Positions 35,737-46,485 of a DNA stretch of 51,896 bases are shown in pieces. Each line of letters starts with the position of its first letter. Positions within the stretch are counted from its first letter, which is position 1. Source of the DNA: Gammaproteobacteria bacterium (GTDB taxonomy: Bacteria > Pseudomonadota > Gammaproteobacteria > JABDGN01); contig JABDGN010000006.1 in assembly GCA_013285995.1 (NCBI GenBank), positions 1 to 51,896 of the forward strand, given 5' to 3'. Position numbers and translations under genes: made by a program. The notes beneath the pieces are model-generated. The model saw nothing but the letters and a program-made list of their open reading frames with translations, was not told the DNA's origin and made no database searches.

Positions 35737-36909
35737 ATGACCATCCAATACATGCAAGATTTAGATCTGCAAGATAAGCGCGTGTTAATTCGTGAAGATT
35801 TAAATGTGCCGCTCGATGAGAATTTACACATCACCAGCGACGCGCGGATTCGCGCGGCACTGCCAACGTTAGAATTAGCCCTGAAAAAAGGCGCGGCGGT
35901 GTTGGTGATGTCGCATTTGGGTCGGCCCACGGAGGGTACATATGAAGAACAATTTTCTTTAGCGCCAGTGGCGAAACGGTTGGGTGAATTATTAAATCAA
36001 CCAGTGCGTTTAGAAAAAAATTATTTGCAAGGTGTAGCGATCAAACCCGGTGAAGTCGTGTTGTGTGAAAACGTGCGTTTTAATGTGGGTGAGAAAAAAG
36101 ATTCTGATGAGTTAGCCAAACAAATGGCGGCACTGTGCGATGTGTTTGTGATGGATGCTTTTGCGACAGCTCACCGTGCTGAAGCTTCTACGCATGGCAT
36201 TGCAAAATTTGCCAAAGTCGCGTGTGCGGGGCCGTTGTTGCAAGCGGAGTTGGAGGCGTTAGGCAAAGCGCTGGAAAATCCCAAGCGGCCCGTGCTGGCG
36301 ATTGTTGGTGGTTCGAAAGTGTCGACCAAATTAACGGTGCTGGAAACTTTGCTCACTAAAGTTGAACAGTTAATTGTCGGCGGCGGTATTGCCAATACGT
36401 TTTTAGCGGCGCAGGGTTATGCGGTCGGAAAATCGTTGTATGAACCGGACTTAATCGAAGCCGCCCGCAAGTTGTTTAGTAAAGCTGAGGAGCAGGGCAG
36501 CCGGATCCCCTTGCCGGTCGATGTGGTGGTTGCGAAAGAGTTTTCAGCCACTGCAACAGCCACAATAAAAAATGTAACTGACATCAGCGTCGATGACATG
36601 ATTTTAGACATCGGCCCCGTCACGGCCAAAAATTATGCGCAAATCATTGCGCAAGCGGGTACCGTCGTTTGGAATGGGCCGGTGGGCGTATTTGAATTTG
36701 ACGCGTTTGCGAAAGGTACGCAAATTGTGGCACAAGCCATCGCAGAAAGCAGCGCATTTTCGATCGCTGGTGGGGGCGATACTTTAGCCGCGATTGATAA
36801 ATATAACATCGCCGATAAATTGTCTTACATTTCAACGGGTGGTGGCGCCTTCCTCGAATTTTTGGAAGGGAAAACGCTGCCCGCGGTAGAGGTTTTGAGC
36901 AGGCGGTAA
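35737..36909 (+). CDS. pgk: Phosphoglycerate kinase
   Basis: [42 protein letters not shown]. Confidence 0.98.
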   Translation: MTIQYMQDLDLQDKRVLIREDLNVPLDENLHITSDARIRAALPTLELALKKGAAVLVMSHLGRPTEGTYEEQFSLAPVAKRLGELLNQPVRLEKNYLQGVAIKPGEVVLCENVRFNVGEKKDSDELAKQMAALCDVFVMDAFATAHRAEASTHGIAKFAKVACAGPLLQAELEALGKALENPKRPVLAIVGGSKVSTKLTVLETLLTKVEQLIVGGGIANTFLAAQGYAVGKSLYEPDLIEAARKLFSKAEEQGSRIPLPVDVVVAKEFSATATATIKNVTDISVDDMILDIGPVTAKNYAQIIAQAGTVVWNGPVGVFEFDAFAKGTQIVAQAIAESSAFSIAGGGDTLAAIDKYNIADKLSYISTGGGAFLEFLEGKTLPAVEVLSRR

Positions 36910-36910
36910 A

Positions 36911-36985
36911 AAATCCCCCTACCCTCTTTTTCAAAGGGGGGATCAAGCATGATTTTTCCCTGTAAAAAGAGGGGATAAAAGGGGG
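36911..36985. repeat. Palindromic repeat family A, diverged doublet
   Basis: aaatccccctaccctctttttcaaagggggg..aaaaagaggggataaaaggggg, directly after the pgk stop. Confidence 0.85.
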
Positions 36986-37013
36986 CTGTAAAATTTCAAA
37001 ATATTTCTCCATT

Positions 37014-37046
37014 TTAATATTTCCTTAATACAGCTTACGATATACT
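37014..37046 (+). promoter_or_regulatory. PmrA-type box plus -10
   Basis: TTAA tatttcc TTAA-12 nt-TATACT. Confidence 0.65.
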
Positions 37047-37104
37047 GCGAACGGTTTAATGGGCTTTTCTGCCTGTTTTTTAATTTTTTATAACAGAAAT
37101 AACA

Positions 37105-38004
37105 ATGACTTCTTTCAATCACTTAAAAAATTTATTCTTCGCTGCGCTATTCGGTGCGGTGGTATTTTTTGCGCCCGCAACGTTTGCCGATGACAGTGGC
37201 GGTGGTGGCGGCGGATTTGGTGGTTTTAAACCCGATGCATTCAAGCCCGACATGGCCAAAAATTTATTGGCTAATAAAGGCGGTGGTCAAAAAGATATTG
37301 AAGAAAAAGATTATCGTCGCTATGGAATACGCAATTATTTTTATGTGGGTTTGCAAGCGGGGATGGTGAATTACGCGCAACCGGGTGATGAAACTCTTGA
37401 TGAATCTGAGCATACCGACGGGGCTACGTTTCCCTTTGTTAACACTCAATTGAAAAGTGGTTTTGTGGGTGGATTAAATGCGGGTTATCAGCTTACGACC
37501 GAACATGAATTTTTCTTCCCGGCTTATCGGTTTGGTGTGTCAGCCAATTATTTTGGTGGCGCCAAGCTAAATGGTGAATATTATTATTTGTTTGAAAACC
37601 CGGATACCTTAAATTCTTACCAGGCATCAGTGAGTTCACAAGTATTGTTTCTAACCGCTGAAGCCGATATTTTTAAATGGGGTCCGGTGCGGCCGTTTGT
37701 GTTGGTGGGTGTCGGTGGCGCGAGAAATGTGTTGTCGTCTTACCAGTTAACCGGCCCACAAGCCGGGATTTTTGCTATTGATGGCCAAAGCCAAATGGGT
37801 TTAGCCTATGAGGCTGGCTTGGGGGTGTCTTATTATTTTACCGAGCGTTTAAGTGCCTCGATATCGTATGTGTATAGCAACCTGGGGACGGTCACCAGCA
37901 AACCGGTGACTTGGCAAGTAGGTGATAAGCCAATAGCATTAGGTAGTTTAAGTTATTCGTTGAGTAACTCAGAATATTTATTAGGTGTGCGGTATTTAAT
38001 TTAA
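37105..38004 (+). CDS. Outer-membrane beta-barrel protein (opacity/porin-like) with a Gly-rich N-terminal extension
   Basis: Signal peptide ..TFA; FYVGLQAG, RPFVLVGVGGA, AYEAGLGVSY; C-terminal LGVRYLI. Confidence 0.8.
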   Translation: MTSFNHLKNLFFAALFGAVVFFAPATFADDSGGGGGGFGGFKPDAFKPDMAKNLLANKGGGQKDIEEKDYRRYGIRNYFYVGLQAGMVNYAQPGDETLDESEHTDGATFPFVNTQLKSGFVGGLNAGYQLTTEHEFFFPAYRFGVSANYFGGAKLNGEYYYLFENPDTLNSYQASVSSQVLFLTAEADIFKWGPVRPFVLVGVGGARNVLSSYQLTGPQAGIFAIDGQSQMGLAYEAGLGVSYYFTERLSASISYVYSNLGTVTSKPVTWQVGDKPIALGSLSYSLSNSEYLLGVRYLI

Positions 38005-38029
38005 ATAACAGGTTAAAGAAGGACAGCTT

Positions 38030-41000
38030 ATGTTGACCATGAAAAATTTTTGTTTGGCATTATTGGGTTTGAGCGTAACTCTGCACGCCTGGGCGGCAAA
38101 CCCTTTCTTTTCCGCAACGACGGATACTCCTGAATTATCTGCTCCTGTCAATGGGGAAGTAAGAGTCGTGTTTCATTTACAATCTACCGGCCCTACTTAT
38201 AAAAAAACATTGTATATGGCAGGCACGCCTAAGATTGATTTTACAGCAGGTGCGGTAAAGCCTAAAGAAGGCAGTTTAATCAACGCCTGTGCCGAGCAAA
38301 TTAGCTCAACGCCTTGTGAATATTCGCAAACTTTTGTTCTGGAGAAAAAGGGCGAGACAACCGTCACGTTTAAAATGCAAATAGTGGGTCAGTCTGCTCC
38401 TGTTGAAGTTTCAGTGAAAATTAGCGATGTTACCCCTATCGAAGTGGTAGGCGACAAAGCGTATGTTTCCTGGGATACCTCCACTGGCACCGGCGTTGCT
38501 TTTGTAGGGGACACTTATTACATCGGCTATCTGATTAGAAATCAATCCCACGCGACTTTGAAGAACTTCCTCGTGAAACAGTCTACTGATACAACAAGCG
38601 CTTATAAGCTCGACAATGTAGCGGGTAAGCCGGATAATTTGCCCGGGTTTCCTCCTAACGATACGTGTAAATCTTTTGCAGAAGGCTTACCAGACGAGAG
38701 CAGTTGTTTATGGTTGGTGAGTGTCAAATTTGAATCGGCAAGCCAGAGTCAAGATTTTAAGATTAAGCCTGGTTTAACTTTTACCGTGGGTGAGAGTACT
38801 ACGCCGATTGAAACTTCTCTGCCGCCAGAAACAGAGAGGGTGAAGGTGAATCAAGCGGAGCCAACAGTAACAAGCGATGAAAATAACCCCGCTACCATCT
38901 ATGCCGGTGCAGCTGAGTCAACTGTTTTAAGCTATAACGTTAACAACAAATCTGGTCTTATTCAAAAATATACGTTTGCCGTCAGCGAAGAAAGTGCTAC
39001 CAAGGGTTTAAATTGGCAGCGTTTAACGAGCGAGAAGGGAGATAGCTGCCCTGCCAGTAATGGCGATTTAAAGCCGGATGGCTGCACTATGAAGGTAGCA
39101 GTGAAGCCGGTGCTTCCCAATCCAGAATATAAATTGCTGATTATTTTAACGCCCTCGGCTGCTTCTGCTTTGCCTTTCAATTTTACTATTAGTGCCATTG
39201 ATCCCATCCGCGTAAGTCCGGATTCACACACCATTGATGAAGCGATAGCGCATGTAACACAAACGGTGACGTATGATCTAACAAACCTCACGAAGGGCAG
39301 CATCGAAAATTTTAGCTTTGCTAATGATGCGAGTGAAATTACAGCGGATCCCCACCTGACAGTTAAAGTCGAAAAAGCGGCTCAAATTGAAGGAGCTGCT
39401 AATTGTGCGGCAACGACAACGATTGAAAAAAATGGCAACTGTAAAATCCAACTGACTTTAGATTTTCAAGCAGCTAATGATGAATCGGTTGACTACACCA
39501 ATAAATTACCGTTCAGCTACAAAGTACAGGAAGTCGGTGGTCAGGTGTTTGATATGACGCAACATTTGCCTTTGGTGGTCACCAAAATTATCACTCATGA
39601 AGGTCAACCCGATCTGCTAGCTGGCACATGGCCACCACAAGTCTTTATCAATCATACCGGCGCCGCGACTCATGCGGTAGATTATCAATTTACCAATAAT
39701 ATTCAGCCGCAAGTGAACGTCAGGATGCTAACGCCGTTGGAATTTGTTGATAATTTGGCACCGGCAGAAAGTGAAGAGTCTATGGTTCAGACAGAAGCCA
39801 GTCCGTTTGAACTTTCTTCCGATAATAATAGTTGCTTTACAACAAGTTTAGGGCCAGGTAGCGCATGTACCATGAAGATAGATTTCAAGCCCCAGGTGGC
39901 CGGTTATTACAATTACACGCTAGGGTTTAAATATCAGCTCGAGGGTATAAATCCGGCTACTAGAGTGGGCGATGCGCCGGTTGAGCCTAGCAAGGTAGCA
40001 GCCGATATCAAAATCCGCGCTTATGCAACCGATAGTTGGAACAAAGTCATTACTTTAAGCAAAGGCAGTGACAAATTCAGCATTAATAGCTTAGTGATGT
40101 TTGATGGTCATTTGCTGGCCGCTACGAATAAAGGCGCTTGGGTGATTAACCTGAATTCCACTAATGCATTAGAGTCTGAAAATATAACCAAAGGAATTGC
40201 CTCGGGTGATGCAGATATTACCAGCCTGTTAGTGGGTAGCGATGGATCTTTATATTTAAGCACCACAGGGACAACGGGTGCTGTTGAAGGTGTTTATAAA
40301 TTTAAGAGTGGCGCTTCGCTTGATACACCTGATTGGGAAAAAATGGGCACTCTGAAAGATGTGAATACTTTGAGTATAGATGAAACCGGTGGGCTTTATG
40401 CCGGTGCTAAAAGCGGATTCTTTAAGTGGAATGCCCAGGCGACCCCGGCTAAGTGGGAAAGCGCGGATCCGGATTCCGCTAACATCGGCGACAGTTATGC
40501 CAGTATTTTAAATTACCGCGATGGCGCGGGTAATGTGAATGGTTTATTTGTCGGTACCGATATTGAAGCAGATAACAGTGGAAAATTGTATACCAAAACA
40601 ATGAGTGAGGCTAACTGGTTAGCGAGTGAAAGGCGCAGTTTACAGCGGTTTACGATAGTCGAACCGGGAGATGGTCATGCAGCTATGTTGTTTACGGGTT
40701 ATACGACCATCAGTAAATCCAATGGTGTATTAGCATGTCAATATGTTGCGGGCATAAGGTTAGGAAATAGCATTCCAGGTTGTGCGATGAATTTACCCGC
40801 TAATCCACCGGTGCTGGCTTTGACCAACTATGATAGTACGGCCGTGGTGGGAACCGATTGTGGCGTTTATCAGTGGGACAAAACGGCATCTGCTGAGAGC
40901 ATCTATAAGAAACCGTGGGCCGTTTTAAACAATGGGATGCATAATGAATTTGATGCTTGTACTGAAAGCCATGGCGATCATGCTTCGGCTGATTTCTTTC

Positions 41001-41140
41001 AGATAAGTAGTTTATATGTAGCGAATGAGGCGCCTGCTGATATTTTATCAAAACCGAAAAATAATCCCAATGTATTATTTGCCGGTGCATCAAATGGTAC
41101 TATTTGGATCTATATTCCGGCTGCTTCCGGGAAGAGCTAA
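38030..41140 (+). CDS. Large secreted protein: about 5 disulfide-bearing Ig-like domains plus a C-terminal beta-propeller
   Basis: Signal peptide; repeated C-x8-12-C motifs such as SCFTTSLGPGSACTMKIDFKP; blade motifs LLAATNKG, LYAG, VVGTDCGVY, LFAGASNG. Confidence 0.7.
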   Translation: MLTMKNFCLALLGLSVTLHAWAANPFFSATTDTPELSAPVNGEVRVVFHLQSTGPTYKKTLYMAGTPKIDFTAGAVKPKEGSLINACAEQISSTPCEYSQTFVLEKKGETTVTFKMQIVGQSAPVEVSVKISDVTPIEVVGDKAYVSWDTSTGTGVAFVGDTYYIGYLIRNQSHATLKNFLVKQSTDTTSAYKLDNVAGKPDNLPGFPPNDTCKSFAEGLPDESSCLWLVSVKFESASQSQDFKIKPGLTFTVGESTTPIETSLPPETERVKVNQAEPTVTSDENNPATIYAGAAESTVLSYNVNNKSGLIQKYTFAVSEESATKGLNWQRLTSEKGDSCPASNGDLKPDGCTMKVAVKPVLPNPEYKLLIILTPSAASALPFNFTISAIDPIRVSPDSHTIDEAIAHVTQTVTYDLTNLTKGSIENFSFANDASEITADPHLTVKVEKAAQIEGAANCAATTTIEKNGNCKIQLTLDFQAANDESVDYTNKLPFSYKVQEVGGQVFDMTQHLPLVVTKIITHEGQPDLLAGTWPPQVFINHTGAATHAVDYQFTNNIQPQVNVRMLTPLEFVDNLAPAESEESMVQTEASPFELSSDNNSCFTTSLGPGSACTMKIDFKPQVAGYYNYTLGFKYQLEGINPATRVGDAPVEPSKVAADIKIRAYATDSWNKVITLSKGSDKFSINSLVMFDGHLLAATNKGAWVINLNSTNALESENITKGIASGDADITSLLVGSDGSLYLSTTGTTGAVEGVYKFKSGASLDTPDWEKMGTLKDVNTLSIDETGGLYAGAKSGFFKWNAQATPAKWESADPDSANIGDSYASILNYRDGAGNVNGLFVGTDIEADNSGKLYTKTMSEANWLASERRSLQRFTIVEPGDGHAAMLFTGYTTISKSNGVLACQYVAGIRLGNSIPGCAMNLPANPPVLALTNYDSTAVVGTDCGVYQWDKTASAESIYKKPWAVLNNGMHNEFDACTESHGDHASADFFQISSLYVANEAPADILSKPKNNPNVLFAGASNGTIWIYIPAASGKS

Positions 41141-41174
41141 GATTAAATCAACATCTATTAATTAGGGTAGAAAA

Positions 41175-44100
41175 ATGCAACACAAACGGTTAATAACAGT
41201 AAATGGGGTTCGGTCTGTCTTGTGGGCAGGCCTTATAACATTAGTAATGTTGTGTAGTGGTTTGACATATGGTTCCACCGCACTACGAGGTGGTTTAGTA
41301 ACGGTGTGGCCGCCCGAACCGACGGGTGCGGCCATTTATGTGGGCGATAAAAATACCTTTACTTTTAAGATACGTTCGGAAGGTGAGACTACTATTCCCA
41401 GTGATGAGGTGGGTAGTTTCACGGCCAAAGTCGAAAAAAAGAATGGTGATTCTTATCAAGAAGTTACTGAAGGTTATATTTCGACTGACAATGACAATGG
41501 TTGTGAAGGAGGAATTCCGGGTTTCAGTGGCGAACCTTGCGAATACACTTTGGCATTTACTGCTAAAACAGCGGGTGAATATCGGTTTGTGCTAAGTTTT
41601 TTAATAAAAGGTAATGCAGAAGGCGGGACCTCAAAAGGCCTTTTTAATATTACTGATTATCCAAAACCCACGCTGGAAGGCCCCAGCATTGCGGCGTCAG
41701 GTGGTGGAACAGTCGTTTTACCAGCAACCACTGAAACCAAAAAATTACCCATCGGTGGCTTGTTGCCAATTCAGTACACTATTACACCCGCTGCCAGTGC
41801 AGGGACCAGAGGTGTATATTCTATTGCGTTGAGAAATGGCGATGAAACCAGCACTCCGTTGGGTGCGGATATCAGTGGCGATAAAGGTTGCGCCCCTAAC
41901 CAATTGCCTGCTGGCGGTGGTGTGTGCACTCTGGTGGTCAAAAATGCATTGCTGTTAGATAGCAACCAGCTTAATTTAAAGCTGACTATCAATAGCGCGC
42001 AGAGCACAGAGTTAACCAGTATTGGGCCCTATGCGGCAAGCACCTATGAACCGCTTACCGTCACTGCGCCTTCGGCTGCAGAGAGCACTCTGGAAGTGGA
42101 AACAGAAGGCGATGCCACCACCAAAGGCAAAACTTTACAGCTGAAAACCTATCGTTTCAAATATACGCTGGCCAATGCCAGCTCAGAAAATACGTTTTCG
42201 GCTGTTAAAATCGGTACCTGGCCAACTCCGGCTGGCAACTATCGTGCTGAGCCGCAAACTGTGACACCTCCCATCGTAAAAACCGATGATGTGTATGTGC
42301 AGCAAGTTGATGACAGTACTGATCCTCAAAGCTGTGCAAACAGCACCCCACATTCTGCCAGTTGCGTTTTAACCGGCACTTATACTCCGCTCATGCAAAG
42401 AGATGCTGAGCATAGTATTACTTTCCCCATTAGTTTTTTGGTGCAAGTGCCCGCAGGAGCAAGCTCCTCCGTGGTGAATATTCAGACGCAAAAAAATCTA
42501 ACGCTGACCCTGCCTGCAACCATGCCTAATGACAAAGCCTTAACGGTGAGTCTTGCCGATAGTTTAGCGCCTATTTTGCCAACACAAACCTATGTTGATG
42601 CTAATGATGCGCCTAACAGTGGTGCTACTGGTACTATTAGAGTGACCAATAATATCCAAGCGGAGAATATTGTTACCGTGAGCAATATTACTCTGGCTCT
42701 GGCATCTGCCAGTTCCGCTGATAAAGCTTTGTGGAATTTTACCGCCCCCGGATTAGCGGAAGGACTATGCAGCAAACCTAATGATCCACTTGCTAATGGT
42801 AGATCTTGCGATATCAATTTTACGTATAAACCAAACACTGTAAATATGACAAGCCAATCTTGGTATGGCAAAAACCCCTATGAACCTGAAATAAACATTG
42901 CCTACCAGTATAAAATTGGACCGGCTAATGCAGTCAGCACCTCGCAAAGTCTTATCCTTTCTACCCGCACTTACTTGAAAAATCAATGGAATCAATTGCC
43001 CGCTTTTAATGTTGCTGTTCAACCAGCGGTAAATGACTTTGCGATTTATCAGCGTCATTTAATCGCAGCAACCAGCGAAGGGGTTTACGTGCTCAGCTTT
43101 GATAGCGATAGTAATAAAGTAGAGTGGGAAAATATTTCTCAAGGAAAAATTACAGGAATTACAGGCGTTCCAGTTAAACCAGATCTCGATGCGACGCGCT
43201 TATTGGTCGCGGGTGACACCCTGTTTGTCGGAACTAACGAGAAAAATGGCAATACCGTCGGAGTTTATAGAATTCAAAGTATTACCGAGCCGCAATGGCA
43301 TTCCGTTGGAAAAGATGCAGCCACCAACCCGTCGGTACAAGATATTACAACACTCAGCTTCTCGCCGGCAGCAGGTGTCACGCCAGCCATTTTATATGCC
43401 GGGACAGTCAATGGTTTGTATAGCTTAAGCGATCCGATGCAAGATAATGGCACGATAGAATGGCTCTCCGAAAGTGAGGTGCAGGGTAGCCCAACCGAAC
43501 CCTGGGCGGTTAATATGGCTATTTTGCCACAGGCAAGCAACGCCAATGAAGATTTATACATTGCCAGCAGCCATCCGCAAGGTAGAGCAGCTTATCTTTA
43601 TACTAAATTGCCGGGTAGTGCCTGGGTTAAAAAGCCTTCACTTGATCCTTTTGATAGCCCAACGTACCTGCGCCCGACGGAACCTGCCTATAATGCCTTC
43701 GCGATATTAGAGCGCGATGGTAAAAAGTATATTTTCCTGGGACACAATGGGGGTGGTCTGCGTTGCCAAACAGCCACTGATTTAATCGCTAACAGAGATA
43801 ATAACACCGATATTCTAAGCTGCAGGAATGGTTTTTCCCGTGGTGGAACTGAGGTAGCAAATCCCCGTATTTTTAGTTTGGTTAAATTTGATAATACAGT
43901 GTATGCCGGCACTCTGTGTGGCGTATGGAAGCTACAAGCACCTGTTGATCCGGTTCATAAGACACCCTGGGAAATTGTTGATACCAGTGGTATGAGCGAC
44001 TACACAGCCTGTAATACAAAGAACGGCAATTCCTATAATTCAGCCGATGAATTTAAAGTGCTAAGTTTATATGCCGCTGATGCGACGGGTTCGAATAGTC

Positions 44101-44189
44101 TTGCTGCAGGGAGCCTATTAAAGGATTCTCATGCATTATTATTTGCCGGCACTTCTAAAGGCAAAGTTTGGATGTACATAAAAGGTTAA
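41175..44189 (+). CDS. Large secreted paralogue: about 4 Ig-like domains plus a beta-propeller
   Basis: LCSKPNDPLANGRSCDINFTYKP; LIAATSEG, LYAGTVNGLY, VYAGTLCGVW, LFAGTSKGKVWMY. Confidence 0.7.
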   Translation: MQHKRLITVNGVRSVLWAGLITLVMLCSGLTYGSTALRGGLVTVWPPEPTGAAIYVGDKNTFTFKIRSEGETTIPSDEVGSFTAKVEKKNGDSYQEVTEGYISTDNDNGCEGGIPGFSGEPCEYTLAFTAKTAGEYRFVLSFLIKGNAEGGTSKGLFNITDYPKPTLEGPSIAASGGGTVVLPATTETKKLPIGGLLPIQYTITPAASAGTRGVYSIALRNGDETSTPLGADISGDKGCAPNQLPAGGGVCTLVVKNALLLDSNQLNLKLTINSAQSTELTSIGPYAASTYEPLTVTAPSAAESTLEVETEGDATTKGKTLQLKTYRFKYTLANASSENTFSAVKIGTWPTPAGNYRAEPQTVTPPIVKTDDVYVQQVDDSTDPQSCANSTPHSASCVLTGTYTPLMQRDAEHSITFPISFLVQVPAGASSSVVNIQTQKNLTLTLPATMPNDKALTVSLADSLAPILPTQTYVDANDAPNSGATGTIRVTNNIQAENIVTVSNITLALASASSADKALWNFTAPGLAEGLCSKPNDPLANGRSCDINFTYKPNTVNMTSQSWYGKNPYEPEINIAYQYKIGPANAVSTSQSLILSTRTYLKNQWNQLPAFNVAVQPAVNDFAIYQRHLIAATSEGVYVLSFDSDSNKVEWENISQGKITGITGVPVKPDLDATRLLVAGDTLFVGTNEKNGNTVGVYRIQSITEPQWHSVGKDAATNPSVQDITTLSFSPAAGVTPAILYAGTVNGLYSLSDPMQDNGTIEWLSESEVQGSPTEPWAVNMAILPQASNANEDLYIASSHPQGRAAYLYTKLPGSAWVKKPSLDPFDSPTYLRPTEPAYNAFAILERDGKKYIFLGHNGGGLRCQTATDLIANRDNNTDILSCRNGFSRGGTEVANPRIFSLVKFDNTVYAGTLCGVWKLQAPVDPVHKTPWEIVDTSGMSDYTACNTKNGNSYNSADEFKVLSLYAADATGSNSLAAGSLLKDSHALLFAGTSKGKVWMYIKG

Positions 44190-44201
44190 ATCGGAGTAGC
44201 T

Positions 44202-46454
44202 ATGAACACGAAAAATTTTAATAACAGAATCGGGCTATGTATCGGCTTGATAGGTTTATTTTGCGGTGCGGGACAACTTCAGGCAGCCGATTATTGTAAC
44301 GGGGGCACAAGCTTGCGCAGCCAAGGTGAGGGCGCCCCCCCTTTTGTGATTTTGGCAGAAAAACCGGCTGTCGATATGGTTTCGCTCGCTGCTGCCGCAA
44401 GTGCTCAGTACAATTTTATTATTTGTCCTACAACGGAAGAGTTTAATCCCAAAGCCCCGGAATATGGTTCGCTGGGTATTCAATTTACACCTACGGTGTC
44501 GACAAAACTTCCGACGTCTAAATTAACGGCTGAGTCAGTAGTCACCACTAATTGTAATAATGGCGTGATTACAGTCGGCGCGGGTTGCAAAGCAACCGTG
44601 ACGGTTTCCGCCCCAGCTGACGCATTCTCTAGTGAACCGCAAGTTTACACGCTGAAATTGACCAGTACTTTATCTAATTTAGATCCTCAATATGATCAAA
44701 TGCAGGTGACTTTGCGCCGACCCAGTGGTGATGTCAGTGTCGCGCTGACACAGTTGACTTCTAATCCGTATAGTCCTCAGCAAGGTGCTTTGTTGAGTGA
44801 TGATTTGAACAATGATCCGCCTACCGCACATTGGTATCTGTTACTAAATAATAACACTGGTTTCGCTATCAAAGATTTAGCAATTACATTTCCGGGTGAT
44901 CCCACCGATAAAAGCCAGCCTTATGTGGAAGAACGTCCAGGAGCAACCCCGCCTTATTGGGGATGCAATGGTGGGCTTAATGTCCAGCCTGCTGGCGGCT
45001 GGCAATGTACTTATTCACTGAATGTTAGAGCGATAAATGGAACGGCGAAAGCTTTTAATGATCCTGCTGTCAATAATCTGGGGAAAATTACCGCGACTAT
45101 CACTTATAAGATAGGTAATAGTAATGATACGGTGACTAAAGTGGTTGAAATCCCGATACGGGTTTTGGCAATGAACAGATGGAACAGTTTGGGTAATGCG
45201 GTGCCGGAACCAAAGGTGATAACAGACATTGAAGTTTATCAAAACCGGTTATTCGTTTTGTCAGGTGGCAGCCTTTATATGTATCAACAAGGCAGTGACT
45301 TGAAGGGAGCGTGGGTTGATGTGACCACTAAACTTAAGAGCGAAAATAAACTGGACGCTGTTACCAGCGTTGCAGTAAGCCCCTATGCAACAGATACCAG
45401 CGCTCCGCCAACTCTGTACGTGGGTACCCAAGCGGGGTCAGATTCACAATCTCAACCCGGGGTCTATAGGTTTGATCCGGCAGGGGGATTTTCAACCACG
45501 TCCACCTGGAACAATGTCGGGAATTTACAAAAAAGTGTTCAGTCTTTGGCGGTCTATGAAAACTATGGCGCTATTGATGGAGTATCGATTGTAGCGGGCA
45601 CGAATACCGGCCTTTATACCGATACACGTGCAGGCAGCGATGTGTGGGTAGCAAGCTCCCCGGCAGGCGTCACAAGCTTTCAATCGGTGACAGCATTGGC
45701 AGGAGCGGGGCAATTTAATACCTTTTTAGCCAGTGCCCTCTCACAAGTTCCGCTTACAAATTACGGCACATGGACCAATAGTACCATTCAATTTAAAACG
45801 GTTAGCCGCACCGGGTACCTCAATGAAGGTGTCATGCCGGCATTGCTCGATTGGCAATTTGCCGGTAATTACAGCGTTAATCAATCTAATACGGTAGATA
45901 GGCTGACTATCGTTGGGCCAGTCGATACGACAAAATACGCTTTGCTCTATCCAAACAAGGGCGATGCCAATACCACCCCTATTTTGTTTGCAACCGATGG
46001 GTCAACGGTATTTTGTGAATATGCCGACAAATTACGGACAGAAGTATGGGGAAATAAAAGTGTGGACAGCTGCGGGAAGAAATTAGTTGTCGGTACGCTG
46101 ATCAATAGTTTAGCCAATTTTAAAACCAAATTAAACGGTAATTATCTGACTACTTATGTGGGAACCAGTGCTGGCGTGTACGCATGGCAGCCACCCGATG
46201 GTATAGCAGCGCCGGTGCTTAGCTCAACAGCTGATGTATGGAAAATTGTGGGTGCATTTCCAGGTTCGACGCCTCGCATAAAAGTTCTCTATAGCCAAAT
46301 GGCTGCTACCACTGTGCGTAGCCCCCCTACGACGGGTAGTGCTAGTGCTCCATATGCTGTTCCGGCGGTATTGGCAGATGACTTTATCCGGCCGCTTTTA
46401 TATGCAGCCGATGATCAGGGCAATGTATGGGTCTATGTGGGAACGACGCCGTAA
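44202..46454 (+). CDS. Secreted paralogue: about 2 Ig-like domains plus a beta-propeller
   Basis: Signal peptide; CNNGVITVGAGC, CNGG..WQC; LYVGT, VAGTNTGLY, LYAADDQGNVWVY. Confidence 0.7.
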   Translation: MNTKNFNNRIGLCIGLIGLFCGAGQLQAADYCNGGTSLRSQGEGAPPFVILAEKPAVDMVSLAAAASAQYNFIICPTTEEFNPKAPEYGSLGIQFTPTVSTKLPTSKLTAESVVTTNCNNGVITVGAGCKATVTVSAPADAFSSEPQVYTLKLTSTLSNLDPQYDQMQVTLRRPSGDVSVALTQLTSNPYSPQQGALLSDDLNNDPPTAHWYLLLNNNTGFAIKDLAITFPGDPTDKSQPYVEERPGATPPYWGCNGGLNVQPAGGWQCTYSLNVRAINGTAKAFNDPAVNNLGKITATITYKIGNSNDTVTKVVEIPIRVLAMNRWNSLGNAVPEPKVITDIEVYQNRLFVLSGGSLYMYQQGSDLKGAWVDVTTKLKSENKLDAVTSVAVSPYATDTSAPPTLYVGTQAGSDSQSQPGVYRFDPAGGFSTTSTWNNVGNLQKSVQSLAVYENYGAIDGVSIVAGTNTGLYTDTRAGSDVWVASSPAGVTSFQSVTALAGAGQFNTFLASALSQVPLTNYGTWTNSTIQFKTVSRTGYLNEGVMPALLDWQFAGNYSVNQSNTVDRLTIVGPVDTTKYALLYPNKGDANTTPILFATDGSTVFCEYADKLRTEVWGNKSVDSCGKKLVVGTLINSLANFKTKLNGNYLTTYVGTSAGVYAWQPPDGIAAPVLSSTADVWKIVGAFPGSTPRIKVLYSQMAATTVRSPPTTGSASAPYAVPAVLADDFIRPLLYAADDQGNVWVYVGTTP

Positions 46455-46485
46455 AACACGGTAACCATTTTTTAAAGAGGCGACT

